Virus record (IMG/VR): IMGVR_UViG_3300027653_000012
Location: 502-64,501 of that record
Source of the DNA: a virus
DNA: 64,000 nt
Reading direction: 5' to 3' (one strand)
The translations under genes were made by a program, and so were the position numbers. Below the pieces are notes generated by a model, which made no database searches, was not told the origin of the DNA, and worked only from the letters and a program-made list of their open reading frames with translations. Within the stretch, counting starts at the first letter, position 1. Each line of letters opens with the position of its first letter. Shown here piece after piece: positions 15,504 through 26,900 of the stretch.

Positions 15504-16829
15504 ATGAAAACAAAAGTAAAAGCAAAAACCCAACCAACCGAAAAGCAGAAGATGGAACGCGCTCATGAAGCGGTGCAGGAAATTCACCGAACCAATGCTG
15601 AGGCACGCGAGGCCATCGACCGCTACCTGAAGCAGCGCGGTGTCACGATGGACAGCCTCTCCGACCAGTCGGATGGCTTTCGCAAAGACTGCTATGGAGC
15701 CGTCCGCGACGCCCTCCAATCCGGCGATTGGAGCAAGCTGACACACGTTCAGCGATTCGATCCGCTGACATCAGTTCCAGCCCAGGAGCCAGCAGCTAAA
15801 GCAGATCCAGTTGAGGTAGCGGCTACAGTTGTCGAAGAGTCTGAAGCTACGCCTGAAATGTTATCCCAAAACAAGGATAGCAATCCTGCAGCGCTTTTGC
15901 AGCAGGCGATCGAGGAGATGGTCGCTTCTCGGGTCAACAAGCCCGCGATTGACGAGAGTCGATTCAAAGAGCTGTTCGATCATGAGATCCAGAACGGGAT
16001 CGAGTGGGACAAAACCGGGGTGGTGAAGCTCCTGGACGAGCGTGTTGAGGCCGCAAGGAACGGGATCGCCCGCCGCATTGAAATTTTCCTTCCCGATGGC
16101 AAGAAGAGGGAAACGGAGCGGCAGCACAAGGGTTTCGATACGCTCCTGAAGCTCTGCTCGCTGCGAAAGAACGTGATGCTCGTCGGTCCTGCGGCCAGCG
16201 GCAAGACCACCGTTGCGGAGAACGTGGCGAAGGTTCTCGACCTTCCGTTTCACCCTATGAGCATTGGTCTGCAGACGAGCAAGGGTGACCTGATGGGTGT
16301 CAAGTTCGCAGATGGTAGCTATCAGCCTTCCCCGTTGCGGAAAGCATACGAGCACGGCGGGGTGGTTCTTCTCGACGAGTTCGACGCAGGGCACGCCGGG
16401 GTGAATACGATCATTAATGCGGCAACGGCAAACGCGGTGTGCGGCTTCCCTGACGGGACTGTAAAGCGACATAAGGACTTCATCTGCATCGTGGCTATGA
16501 ACACATGGGGGTGGGGCGCGAACGATCAATACGTGGGTCGCAACAAGCTCGACGCGGCAACGCTCGACCGATTCCTGAAACTTCCGTGGGAATACGACGA
16601 GGATCTTGAGCGAGAGATTGCGGGGAACCGAGAGTGGACGGATCGGGTGCAGGCATTGCGCCGCGCCGCCGGTAAGGTTCAGGCGAAGGTTCTCATCTCA
16701 CCCCGTGCCTCGATCAACGGAGCCGATCTTCTCGCCGCTGGCTTCGATTGGGATGAAGTGGAAAATATGACCATCTGGAACGGTGTTGACCGTGCCACCA
16801 AGGAGAAAGTGTTGAGCAATGTCGAGTAA
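15504..16829 (+). CDS. MoxR/CbbQ-type AAA+ ATPase
   Basis: GPAASGKT, LLDEFD, YVGRNKLDAATLDRF, ISPR. Confidence 0.92.
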   Translation: MKTKVKAKTQPTEKQKMERAHEAVQEIHRTNAEAREAIDRYLKQRGVTMDSLSDQSDGFRKDCYGAVRDALQSGDWSKLTHVQRFDPLTSVPAQEPAAKADPVEVAATVVEESEATPEMLSQNKDSNPAALLQQAIEEMVASRVNKPAIDESRFKELFDHEIQNGIEWDKTGVVKLLDERVEAARNGIARRIEIFLPDGKKRETERQHKGFDTLLKLCSLRKNVMLVGPAASGKTTVAENVAKVLDLPFHPMSIGLQTSKGDLMGVKFADGSYQPSPLRKAYEHGGVVLLDEFDAGHAGVNTIINAATANAVCGFPDGTVKRHKDFICIVAMNTWGWGANDQYVGRNKLDAATLDRFLKLPWEYDEDLEREIAGNREWTDRVQALRRAAGKVQAKVLISPRASINGADLLAAGFDWDEVENMTIWNGVDRATKEKVLSNVE

Positions 16830-17673
16830 GATCGAGTTTCATCGTCAGTGGGATTCCTTCTCTGACTTGATTGATACGGCCCGCCGGGAAAACTGGCGGG
16901 ACCGGAAAGACGGCGAGGCTTCCGTCAAGAAATACGTTAACATCGGCAGCGATAGCACAAAGCGCTTCTGCGGCGTCGATTCGTTCGATCATGCCCTGCG
17001 CCTGGTCGATCACGGGTGGCCGGAAGGGCTGGAGAAAACCGAGCCTTTCATTGAGGCCCTGCGAAACAAAGTTGGTGGCAAGATCAGGCGTCCGGCCTTT
17101 GCCATCGGCGACGAGGGCGACGAGTTCCTTCTCGATCGCGTCATCGAAGGAGATCCGGAGTGCTGGCTCGCCACTGAGTGGGAAGAGGTTGATCAGGCTG
17201 GCGAGATCGTCCGCATCGGAGTGGACATGGGGATCGCCTGCTATGTCAGCGCGACCTCCATCGTAAACCGGGGCGCGGCGATCATGGCTGCGGTAGAAAT
17301 GCTTATGGCATCCGGCCGATCCGTGCAGCTCGACGCTTTCTACGGGAATAGCCTGGGGTATTACTCGGTGGCGAAGATCAAAGACACCGACGACACGTTC
17401 GATCGGGACCGCATGGCCTTCGTTTTGGTTCATCCGGCGATGCTGCGATGTATCCTCTTCTCCGCATGGGACAACGAAGACCCCGCGATCTTCCAGCGTT
17501 ACGTCACCCCGAGCTATGGCAGCCCAACCATTCCCGAGAAAGCCCATGCCGATTACGACATGCTTTTCCCTGGTTCCGCCGCGGAATGCGGATGGGACAC
17601 ACAGGAGAAGGCGCAAACATCCATAATCAAAGCATTGGAAGACAAGGGGTTTGTTGAGTCTTACGGCGATTGA
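16819..17673 (+). CDS. vWA-like partner of the MoxR ATPase
   Basis: Overlaps the ATPase; GDPECW, RGAAI.A.VE.L, AF.L.HPAMLR. Confidence 0.7.
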   Translation: MSSKIEFHRQWDSFSDLIDTARRENWRDRKDGEASVKKYVNIGSDSTKRFCGVDSFDHALRLVDHGWPEGLEKTEPFIEALRNKVGGKIRRPAFAIGDEGDEFLLDRVIEGDPECWLATEWEEVDQAGEIVRIGVDMGIACYVSATSIVNRGAAIMAAVEMLMASGRSVQLDAFYGNSLGYYSVAKIKDTDDTFDRDRMAFVLVHPAMLRCILFSAWDNEDPAIFQRYVTPSYGSPTIPEKAHADYDMLFPGSAAECGWDTQEKAQTSIIKALEDKGFVESYGD

Positions 17674-17744
17674 TTGCAATAGATCGCGAGCCTTTAACCA
17701 GTAGTGAACAACAACGAAGTAGTGAACAACAACGAAATAGAACT

Positions 17745-18248
17745 ATGAAAAGAAAAGACATTAATTGGATACAACCCTCCCTGTTCGCCGTCCCGCACCT
17801 GAAAGCTGTCTCCGTTCGAGAGGCTGAGGTCGCCGATCATCATTGCGACGATCCAGGAAAGTTCCCGGTAGTCTGGCGTGAAACGGTGGAGACCGATCCA
17901 ATCTTCGATCCGGAGAAGGAGCACTTCGCCGTGTTCTTCCTGAACCGAAAGAACCGGCTGTGCGGTTTCAATATCGTCAGCATCGGCACCCAGCACGGCG
18001 CCCTCGTTGAGCCGCGCGAAGTGTTTCGCCCTGCTATCGCGGTGGCAGCATCGAGTATCATCATCGCGCACAACCATCCAAGCGGTGACCCCGGCCCGAG
18101 CACCGCTGACATCCAGGTGACGAAAAAGCTCATGGAGGCAGGCGAAATTCTGCTTATCCCAGTGAGAGATCACGTCATCATCGGAAGCAAAGAGCACGAC
18201 CCTAACGAGATCGGCTACTATTCATTCCATGAAGCCGGACTCGTTTGA
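17745..18248 (+). CDS. radC: RadC/JAB-domain protein
   Basis: EHF...LN.KN, PREVFRPAI, AHNHPSGDPGPS.AD, DHVIIG. Confidence 0.93.
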   Translation: MKRKDINWIQPSLFAVPHLKAVSVREAEVADHHCDDPGKFPVVWRETVETDPIFDPEKEHFAVFFLNRKNRLCGFNIVSIGTQHGALVEPREVFRPAIAVAASSIIIAHNHPSGDPGPSTADIQVTKKLMEAGEILLIPVRDHVIIGSKEHDPNEIGYYSFHEAGLV

Positions 18249-18340
18249 TGCCCCCGAAATCAAACTCGGAAACATTCGTACTGTCCTATCCATAAACAGC
18301 TAACCATCAACTATATAAACACATCAACTATATAAATAAT

Positions 18341-18982
18341 ATGAAAACATCACTATCACCCATGCACTATCGCCCCACTCAGCCTGAACACCTTATCGGA
18401 CCAGCACGGAGAATTGCCAGCATCCTTGTGCCGAAAGCAAAACGACTGAATGACAGTCCGCAGGAAGGCTTAATGAAACTCCTTCTCTTCGGTGCGCCCG
18501 GAGTTGGGAAGACGAACGTCGCACAGATGGTCGCCGCTTCCTTGGCAGGAGGCGAGATGCTTTCCATCGAGGAGACGGAAGGGAAAAACGTTCGCATCGA
18601 AACCGTTCGCAGGTGGATTGACCAGCTTGCTTACGGGAATCTTTGGGGCGGCCTGCAGGTTCAGATCGTGAACGAGTTGGACTTAGTCCCACGAGACGCA
18701 CAAGACCTGATGCTGGGTTATCTCGATCGACTTCCGCTTGGACGCGCCTTCATCGGCACGAGCAACCTTCAGCTCGACCTTCTACAGGAGCGATTCCAGA
18801 CCCGGCTCCAGCAGTTCCGAGTTGAGGCTCCTAGCACCGAAGAGATCGCGAGCTTCCTCATGGAGAAGTTTAACATCGGAGAGATGGAGGCCAACCAGAT
18901 AGCGGTCGGCAGCGGTGGCAACGTGCGTGCCGCGTTGGCCGACACGGAATCACTCCTCGATTGTCAAATGGCAACCCACTAA
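18341..18982 (+). CDS. AAA+ ATPase (clamp-loader-like)
   Basis: GAPGVGKT; variant Walker B IVNELD; QTR finger; GNVRAAL sensor. Confidence 0.85.
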   Translation: MKTSLSPMHYRPTQPEHLIGPARRIASILVPKAKRLNDSPQEGLMKLLLFGAPGVGKTNVAQMVAASLAGGEMLSIEETEGKNVRIETVRRWIDQLAYGNLWGGLQVQIVNELDLVPRDAQDLMLGYLDRLPLGRAFIGTSNLQLDLLQERFQTRLQQFRVEAPSTEEIASFLMEKFNIGEMEANQIAVGSGGNVRAALADTESLLDCQMATH

Positions 18983-19199
18983 CACATAAATGGTATTACA
19001 GATGGACAAGAACAGATGGACAAGATCAATGAACGGCTGACCTTCTCCTCCCGCGAGAGTATCGTCCGAAAGATGCAGGCACACACAGGCATCGAGTTCA
19101 ATCAGGAGAATGCCTACGCCGTGGTCCTGCGGGTCATCATGATCGCCAGATGGCTATTGACATCCCATGTTCGTAATCCCACATTGAAGATTACGAACG

Positions 19200-19568
19200 A
19201 TGAAAAGACGACGAACATACCGGTCCTTCTGGGATAAGCTCACCCTCCTCCCGCCCATCGCCTGTCGGGTTCTTGCCCGCACACAAGAGCCCACAGGCAA
19301 AGTCCGGCCGCTGACTGACGAAGAGATAGCTCTTCGAGCAGACATGCCGGTTTCAAAAGTGAAGAGCCTCAGCTGGAAGACGAGCTGGGACGATGTTTCT
19401 GTTGGCGATGCCCGTCGGTTTTCAGAGGCGTGCGACATTCTCTTTGATGACCGCCGCAACTGGCAGAAACAAATGGCCCAGCTGAAGTCTAGCTTTCTCT
19501 ACTTAAGAAAGTCCGACCAGTGGGAGAGGATGAAAGAGAAGATCCGCCTATGGAAGGGAGGCATGTGA
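19200..19568 (+). CDS. Hypothetical, possible HTH protein
   Basis: LTDEEIALRADMPVSKVKSL. Confidence 0.6.
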   Translation: MKRRRTYRSFWDKLTLLPPIACRVLARTQEPTGKVRPLTDEEIALRADMPVSKVKSLSWKTSWDDVSVGDARRFSEACDILFDDRRNWQKQMAQLKSSFLYLRKSDQWERMKEKIRLWKGGM

Positions 19569-19774
19569 TGGTTCATGTAATACCGATAAACGACAAGGTT
19601 GTTCACCGTGCAGACTGCGAATGCTGCAATGCCTACCTTGATCCTGACGGGATCTGGATACATCACAGCGCAGATAAGCGCGAACAGTATGAACGCCAAG
19701 GCAACGTCGGGGAAGGCTGGGTTCTGATGTGGGAAGACGAAACCACCAGGACGCTGACTCCGCTCGATGCCTAG
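19568..19774 (+). CDS. Small His/Cys-rich protein
   Basis: HVIP.ND...H...CEC ... IHHS.D.RE. Confidence 0.65.
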   Translation: MVHVIPINDKVVHRADCECCNAYLDPDGIWIHHSADKREQYERQGNVGEGWVLMWEDETTRTLTPLDA

Positions 19775-19857
19775 CACAACTAACAAACACAAAACCAGTA
19801 GCGAGGACGGCTCGCGAAGTGAAACCAGACACACCCACGAGCAGCCGTTAAACCAAG

Positions 19858-20889
19858 TTGAAATTCAGAAGAAACAAAAAGAGCAATATCATCTACGTTG
19901 AGTTCAAGGGTGAGAATGGCCGCGTATCCATGTCCACCCGCACCCGCGACATGGCAGAAGCAAAGGCGCTCGCCGAAGAAATAGGCATAGCCCATATCGA
20001 ACAGCTGGCCCGCCTCAATGCCATGGCTGCCGGAGCAGTGCAGCTTGCTATTTCTGGGAGACAGATCAAAGGGAGCCAGGCACTCAAAGAATGGAAGGAG
20101 TACTTGGAGCGCGTCTCACGCAGCACGCGTACAATCGAAAACAACCTGTGGTCAGTCAAAAGATTCTTGCGGCATCAGAACCTTGGCAACCGCCCGATCT
20201 CTGCGGTGTCGGAGGTTCACGTAGATGACTTCATCAACGACAAGAACTCGAAAGTAGTGGCTTCCACCCGGCGTCGCAATCTTACAGCCGTCCGATCCTT
20301 TCTTGAGTTTTGCACAGCCAAGAGATACATCATGAGCAATCCGGCTGTACTTGTTCCTGTGAAGCTTGAAAACATGACCCACAGCCAGAAGGAACCAAAG
20401 AGAGTTCAGCCGTTCACCGCCCACGAGGTGAAGAAGATGACCACTTTGTTACAAGGGGAATGGAGGCCCGCGGTTATTATTGCACTCGATGCAGGACTTC
20501 GCCTCGGCGATGTTTGCAAGCTTGAGTGGGACTCGTTTGACACAGAGCCAGGCCGGATTGTTGTCTGGACAGACAAGCGTGACAAGCGTGTCAGCCTCCC
20601 AATGACCGACCGTCTTCGCGATCTGAAGTCCGAACTCCCGCGCAAGAGTAAGCGATGGGTGCTCCCCTCACTCGCCAAAGACTATCAGGCAAGCCAGTCT
20701 TCCGTGTCGGTGAATTTCGGTAGGGAGCTTCGCAAGATTGGAATCGCCAAGGGGAAGAGTTTTCAAAGCCTCCGCGCTACCTTCGCCCGGAGGTGGCGAG
20801 GCTACGGAAAGACGGTTGACGAGATCCGCGAAGCCCTGGGCCACGACGACGAGGCGACGACGAAGAAGCATTACTTAGGAGAGAAATAG
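19858..20889 (+). CDS. int: Tyrosine recombinase/integrase
   Basis: SAM-like domain, AGLRLGD, K, QSLR (HxLR variant), LGH, C-terminal Y. Confidence 0.9.
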   Translation: MKFRRNKKSNIIYVEFKGENGRVSMSTRTRDMAEAKALAEEIGIAHIEQLARLNAMAAGAVQLAISGRQIKGSQALKEWKEYLERVSRSTRTIENNLWSVKRFLRHQNLGNRPISAVSEVHVDDFINDKNSKVVASTRRRNLTAVRSFLEFCTAKRYIMSNPAVLVPVKLENMTHSQKEPKRVQPFTAHEVKKMTTLLQGEWRPAVIIALDAGLRLGDVCKLEWDSFDTEPGRIVVWTDKRDKRVSLPMTDRLRDLKSELPRKSKRWVLPSLAKDYQASQSSVSVNFGRELRKIGIAKGKSFQSLRATFARRWRGYGKTVDEIREALGHDDEATTKKHYLGEK

Positions 20890-20927
20890 TTGAAAGAACC
20901 AGGCATGATGGCTCGCATATCAGATCC

Positions 20928-23900
20928 TCACCAGTCCACACGGAACGCATCCCTCAAGGCCGATCCATAGTCGGTCGCTGAGAAGGACGAGGCAAAGCCT
21001 CCGGACGATCGCCTTGAGCCGCTTCCGGATGAGCCGGTGTAAGGTGTCAGCCCGAGTCGCTGACCGTATCGGTTGTAGCTGGCGATTGCTTCTTGCGTCG
21101 CCTCTCTTCCGATCCGAGGCATCGCCTCCAGCAGTCTCCGGTATTCCGTGGCGCTGGGTGCCGATCGAAACACATTCCGCAGCGGGTGGCGGGATTGGTA
21201 GCTGCGCTTCACATGGTCCATCGGATCGTCCCTGCCCATCTTGCGGGCCTCCTCGATGGCGCGGCGGTAGGCCCGCTGGAACGCCTCTGGGTCATCGCGA
21301 AAAGCTGCCAGCTGCATGTTTGTTACGTGTGGCGTGACTCGCGTCGGTCTTGCGAATCCCCCACCCGTCCGCACTTCCATACCAAGATTTCTCCCGGTGG
21401 ATCTCAGCCAGTTTTGCACATTGATCCGCTGGGTCACTCCGCTCTCCGCCCTCAATCCGGGGATCGGCGGGTGCCCGAGCATGGTGTTCGTCATCTGCAT
21501 CGCTTGCATCGGGCCGCTTCCCATCGTGCTTTGGAAAAGCTGCCGCCATATACTGGCGTAGGTCGTATTGGTGATCCCCTGCGCGTTCACCGTGCCGATG
21601 GCGTCGATCAGCCTGCCAAGAGTGTTCACCCAAACGACCCGCTCGTCCACCGAAAGAACCTTCTGGCCAGTCGAGTCTCGGATCATTGCGACGCCTGCCA
21701 GTGCCTCCCCTCCGATTCCGAAGGGGCCCATCGCATTGACCCGCTCGATCAGCCCCATCACCGCCTCCTGCGGATTGTTGACAACGGCCGAAGGGTTCAT
21801 CGGCCGGATGTTCGGCTGCTTTCCAAGGAGCCGTCGGTCATACTCGTCGAAGGCGAAGGAATACAGCACCGCCACCGGCACCACCACCGCCATCAAACCC
21901 GCCAGTCCGATGGCCGAGCTTGCCAGCGTCCGGGCGTTCGTGGAGTCCCGCATCATGTTCGTAGTCGTGTTGAACGATTCGATAGACCATCCGACCAGTG
22001 GAATCGACATACGCCCAAGTTGACTCGTCAGACTGCCGACCGGTCGGTTCGTCAGGTTCGACTCCATTGAGACGTGGCTGATTGCGATCTGTGCAATCTT
22101 CTGCACCAGGTCCACGTCGAACGGGAACCTGCTTTTGTTCGGATTCTCGAACGCTGCGCGGCCGATATCTTCCATCGTGAAGCCATGGAGCTTGGCTTGC
22201 TCCGACATCTTTTCAAACACACTCCGGTCGTGCGCCTTCGTCTCGCCGATGTCCCGCGCCGTCACCTCGTAGTCCGGATCGTTCAGCCGGTGCGAATTCT
22301 TCCGATAAAACTCCGCGATCTTGCGGGCGTAGGTTTCGTAGGCCACCATCATCCCCCAAACCGCTGTCCGGTTGGAGCCCAGCTGCGACATCTGGAACGG
22401 AGCGAAAGGCCGGAAAAGAACTGCCCTCTGCTCAGCCCCCGCCGGGTTGATCGTAGTATTGTTCATCAGGTCGCTGGTTATCGCCAGTGCCTTCTTGATC
22501 TTCCCGCCAACCCCTTGTCGATCCCATTGTCCCATCGGCCCGCGCTGGCTTGCCAGATCGCCCAGATTTAACTCCCCGGCGTAGTCCAGTCCGTAACCGG
22601 CCGCGTCGATCTGCATCCACTTCTCGCGGTTCTCCAGCACATTCTTCCCGACGAGGCTTGCTAGCGTCGCCCATCCCTGCCGGACTGTCTCCGCCCAAGA
22701 GGAAGCCGATGACCGCATTGTTACCTTGTTCACGCCGAACACTCGCATAATGTCGTTGTTCGAGGTCATGTTCTTCAGTCCGGTCTTCGGGTTGTTGACG
22801 AGCTGGCCGACCACGAAATTTATCACATGCTGGAAGGTGCGGAAGTCGTTCGTCATCCCGTTGTGGTTTCCGAACATCGCCTTCACCTGCTCCGTCAGCC
22901 GCCTGGCGTTGAAGACACGCAGCGCGTCGTCGAGATCGCGGTAAAGCTCCCAGTCCTTCCCGAACGCTTTCTTTAGTTCCCGCTCCAGCGCCTTCCGGTC
23001 GCCGTCGAGCCTCGGGTTTTCGCGAATCAGATCGCCCGTCTTGCTATCGAGCGCGTTCTTTCTCAGCCGGAGGTCGTCCTCCATCCGGCCAAACAGGCTG
23101 AACAGCTCCTGAAAATCGCGGCCAAACACCGCCTGGCTCGCCACCTGCTGCAAGCGAAACCGGTTGTCGTCCTTCCCGAACCGCTCGTAGGTGAAGAACT
23201 GAGACGGCAGGTCGTAGGCCGTGCGAGCGTTGATCGAAGCGTAAGAAATTCGATCGGTGCTCACCGCTGTTCCGGTTTCGTCCGAAATATCGCCGACGTA
23301 TTCCTCCGCCATCCGCTTGTGGTATTTGCCGATGGTGTTGAGGATTGTCCCCGCGTATTCCGTGGCGGCATCCGGGTCCGCTTCGCCGGTGTGCAGCTCG
23401 TAGAGCCGCCGGCCAAATGCGATCAGGTCGCCGTTCGATTCCCCCCACGCCTCCGCGATCAGCGCCGGATCCGCCTTCACGCGGACCCCGTCCTCCCCCG
23501 TCGGCCGGTCGAGGATAGTCCCCGCGTCATTGTGGATCAGCGGCTCAATAAAATTCGCACGGATCGTTGGCGTCACCATCTGGGCCAGCTGCACTTGAGC
23601 TTCCTCCGGATTCTCTCGCAGCTGCCGGATGAACGCAGCCCGGTCAGCGTCCGTCCTCCACCAGCCGAGCCGCGCCATTTCATTGATCGCCACGCGGGCC
23701 GCGTTGCTCAGCGAGCGCGGGATAACCATCGTGCCGCCTTTCACCAATGAGCGAGCCAAGTATTCCTGGCGCTTCGTCACCGGGTTGAACCACGTTCCAA
23801 GACTGTCGTCTCGGATTGCCAGTCCATGCTTCACGAGCACCTCTTCGGTAAACCATTTGTTCGTGGCATCAGTGCGCTCCAGCAATTCGACAAACGTTTG

Positions 23901-26900
23901 CCAAGCTCCTTCACGCCCGAGGGCGTCCCTGACCATCGGATCGGCGAACAGGAACGAACGTAGATCCGCTAGCGCAGATTCTCTGCCAGCCATCGCCTCC
24001 AGTCCCAGCCAATGGGCCGCAGGATTCCAGATGTTCTGCATGAAAAACTCCTGGGAAACCCGTGCCTGCTTCAGCAACCGACTCTCTAGGCCCTCCCACC
24101 TGTTACCGTGGATGATCGACCTTGCTTCGTTCGGCTTCACGATCGCTTCGCGCCGCTCAAGCATCGAAGCTGCCATTCGAGCCGCTGGAAGCCCACTCTT
24201 GCGAAGCTGTTGCACGAAACTGTGGCGCATTTGGTCAAGCCACCCCTTGCGATACGGATACACTGCATCCTGAAGCACCTGTCTTCCAAGTCGTTCCGCA
24301 TTCACCTTTACCGTCCGGTAAACCAAGTCCTTTGCCGCCGGATCGTTCAGGCTATCCCGGTATTCAATGAATCGCTTCATCCGCTCCACCCAGCGGATCT
24401 TCTGCGCATTGCTCGTCGGAGTATCGCCGCCCACTCGAAGCGTCGCCCAATTCGGATTCCCTTCCCCGCCAGCTTCGATCGATGCGGTTGTAGCATCCGG
24501 CTTCGCGGGCACCACCAGTTCTTCTCCGTCCACCAGCGGTGTTTCAATATGCACATTGTGCCGCGCCCCAAGTTCGTCAGCAAGAAGTTTCACTTCCTTG
24601 GCTCCTTGCTCCACCGCTGCCAATCGGTTTTGATCTCCTTCCAGCCTCCGTTCCAGCGCAATCAGCTCCCGTCGCTTGTTCACGTAGGAGACAATCAGAT
24701 TGTTCTGCACGCTCCGTGGCATTGCCCGAACACGTTCTCGCAGCTGAGCCAACTCTTGCTCTGTGTTTAGCTTCAGGATACGCTGAATATCTTTCACCAC
24801 CGCTTGCCGGACTGTTGCGTCCATCCGCTGCACCTCCATCGCTGCGGCAAGGTGGCTTTCGTTCTTCACAAACGATATCAAAGTTGCGAGCAGTGCCGTC
24901 CCTCGCTCGCCCCGCACCAGATCAGCCAAGCTATCGTCGCCACGGTTCCTTGCATTAATTATCTCCTGCCGGATCTCTCGAACTGTATGACTAGCAAAAT
25001 CTAAGCCATCTTCCGAGAACCGTCGCAAGCGCTGGATGTAGGAGAAGATCGGCGTCTCGTTCGTCACCAGGTTGTTCAGCACCCGCTCATAGTTTGCAGG
25101 AATTGCTTGGTCATCCCGAAGGTTCAGCAGCGTTCGCAGCACCCCAACCGTGTTACCCGCCGCCTCATCACCCAGGCTCTGGGCTTTGATTGCCTTCCGA
25201 GTCTCTTCGATTGACTCGAATACCGCTTGGCGAATCTGCCGTTCCACGGCCTTCATGTCCGCCACGTTTGCTGCGACCTCTTCAAAGCTAATCCGCTTGG
25301 CTGCCAGCTGATCCGTGTTCGCCTGGATTGATCTGGTTAATTCGCCGGTCCGCTGCGATAGGTCGCGTTGGATTCTGTTCACCTGAGCCACAGCTTTCAT
25401 TTCCGCCTGCGCCCGCGCCTCGACCGAAAGGCTGTCAAGCGTTGTGTCCGCACTCACCGGATCGCCCATAGCCGCCATCGAGTCGGCCTTCCGTTGAGCC
25501 AGCGAGCGCGGATCGTGCGCCACTCCCATGCGGATCAGCAATTCCTCCCGCGTCAGCTTTGGGTCCTCCGTCCGCATTCGCTCCAGCGTCCGGTCTATGA
25601 ATTTGCTCACCTCGTTGTTCTCGGCGATGCTCACGAGAGCGTTCTGCCGCAGCCTGCGTCGCTGGTTCTCCGCCCGCGCCTCCGCCACGATCTGCGCCCG
25701 CGTCTTGCCGTCACCCTCCTGGCGGTATCGGATGTCTGGTGATGCCGGATTGAACCGCTGCGAGAGCGGGATGACGTTGCCGTTGTCGTCGTAGGTGACG
25801 GGATCGGCTAGCTTCGCCTCTCCTTCGATTCTCCCATCCTCACTAAATGGCAACGTATAAATGTCGGATTCCGCAAATCCATCTACTACTCGGCGCGTCA
25901 CGGTGCCGCGCGGCGTACGGTCCTCATTGTACGCATCCATCACCTCCTGATCCGCGTTGAGGCGCGGCACGCCTCCTTCAAATTCCCTCCACGGCCCTCG
26001 CAGCCAAAAACGTCGGACGGGACTGCCATCATCTTCATAATATGCTGCGGCGTTGCGCGATGATGAAAAGAAAGTGTGCCCCGACGCTACCCCGGTGATG
26101 CCGGACCCTGCAAATTCTTCACGGAAGACATTATCAACGGTTCCTGCATGGTAGGCTTCCACATCATACCCAGCGGCCTTCGCCGCCTCGTCCACCATCC
26201 GTTGTGCGGTTGCCGTATCGCCGCGTTCGACAGCCTCCATATACGCACGGTCTTGCTCCGGCGAAGGTATTATCCCCGCGTCCTCCATCTCCCGCCGCAG
26301 TAGCACTTCCGCCACTTCCATCTCAGCATCGCGTTCGTGGAGCGCCTGTGTCTGTTCCGCTGCGATAATCGCATTGCGGTTGTGGTCAAGGGCTTCAGGA
26401 GAGTCCGCCAATACCATCGTCGGGGTAATCTCGCCGGTAAACGGATTCACCGTTTCGGTAAAGCCATCCGGTGTCGTGAGCGTAAAGAAATGTGCGCTCT
26501 CGCTGTAAGTCAGTTTCCGTCCGCCCAGCCTTCCAAGAAGAGTTTCCGCATTTGGGATCGGCCTTCCATCAAGCATCCTTTGCCAGCGGGTTTCGATGTA
26601 TTCGCGGGCCAGCCAGTCACTCACCGGTTCGCTCAATGTGAATGCTCGCTGGAACTCCAAAGCCGCCTTCAAGAGCATTTCCTTTACTGCATCAACCAGC
26701 CTCCGCACCAGCCCCCGCGCCGTCTCCGCATCGAGTCCCTGCCAAGTCAGGTGCTCAACCAGCATCTCTTCTGTAACGACTCGCCTCCCAAGCCCTGCCG
26801 GATCATCCAGCCTTGCTCGCGGGTCAGCCCGCACCTCACCGTAAAAAGACAAGTCATTCGGGTCCATCCGGGCGATCATGTCCTGCAACATCTCCTGAAT

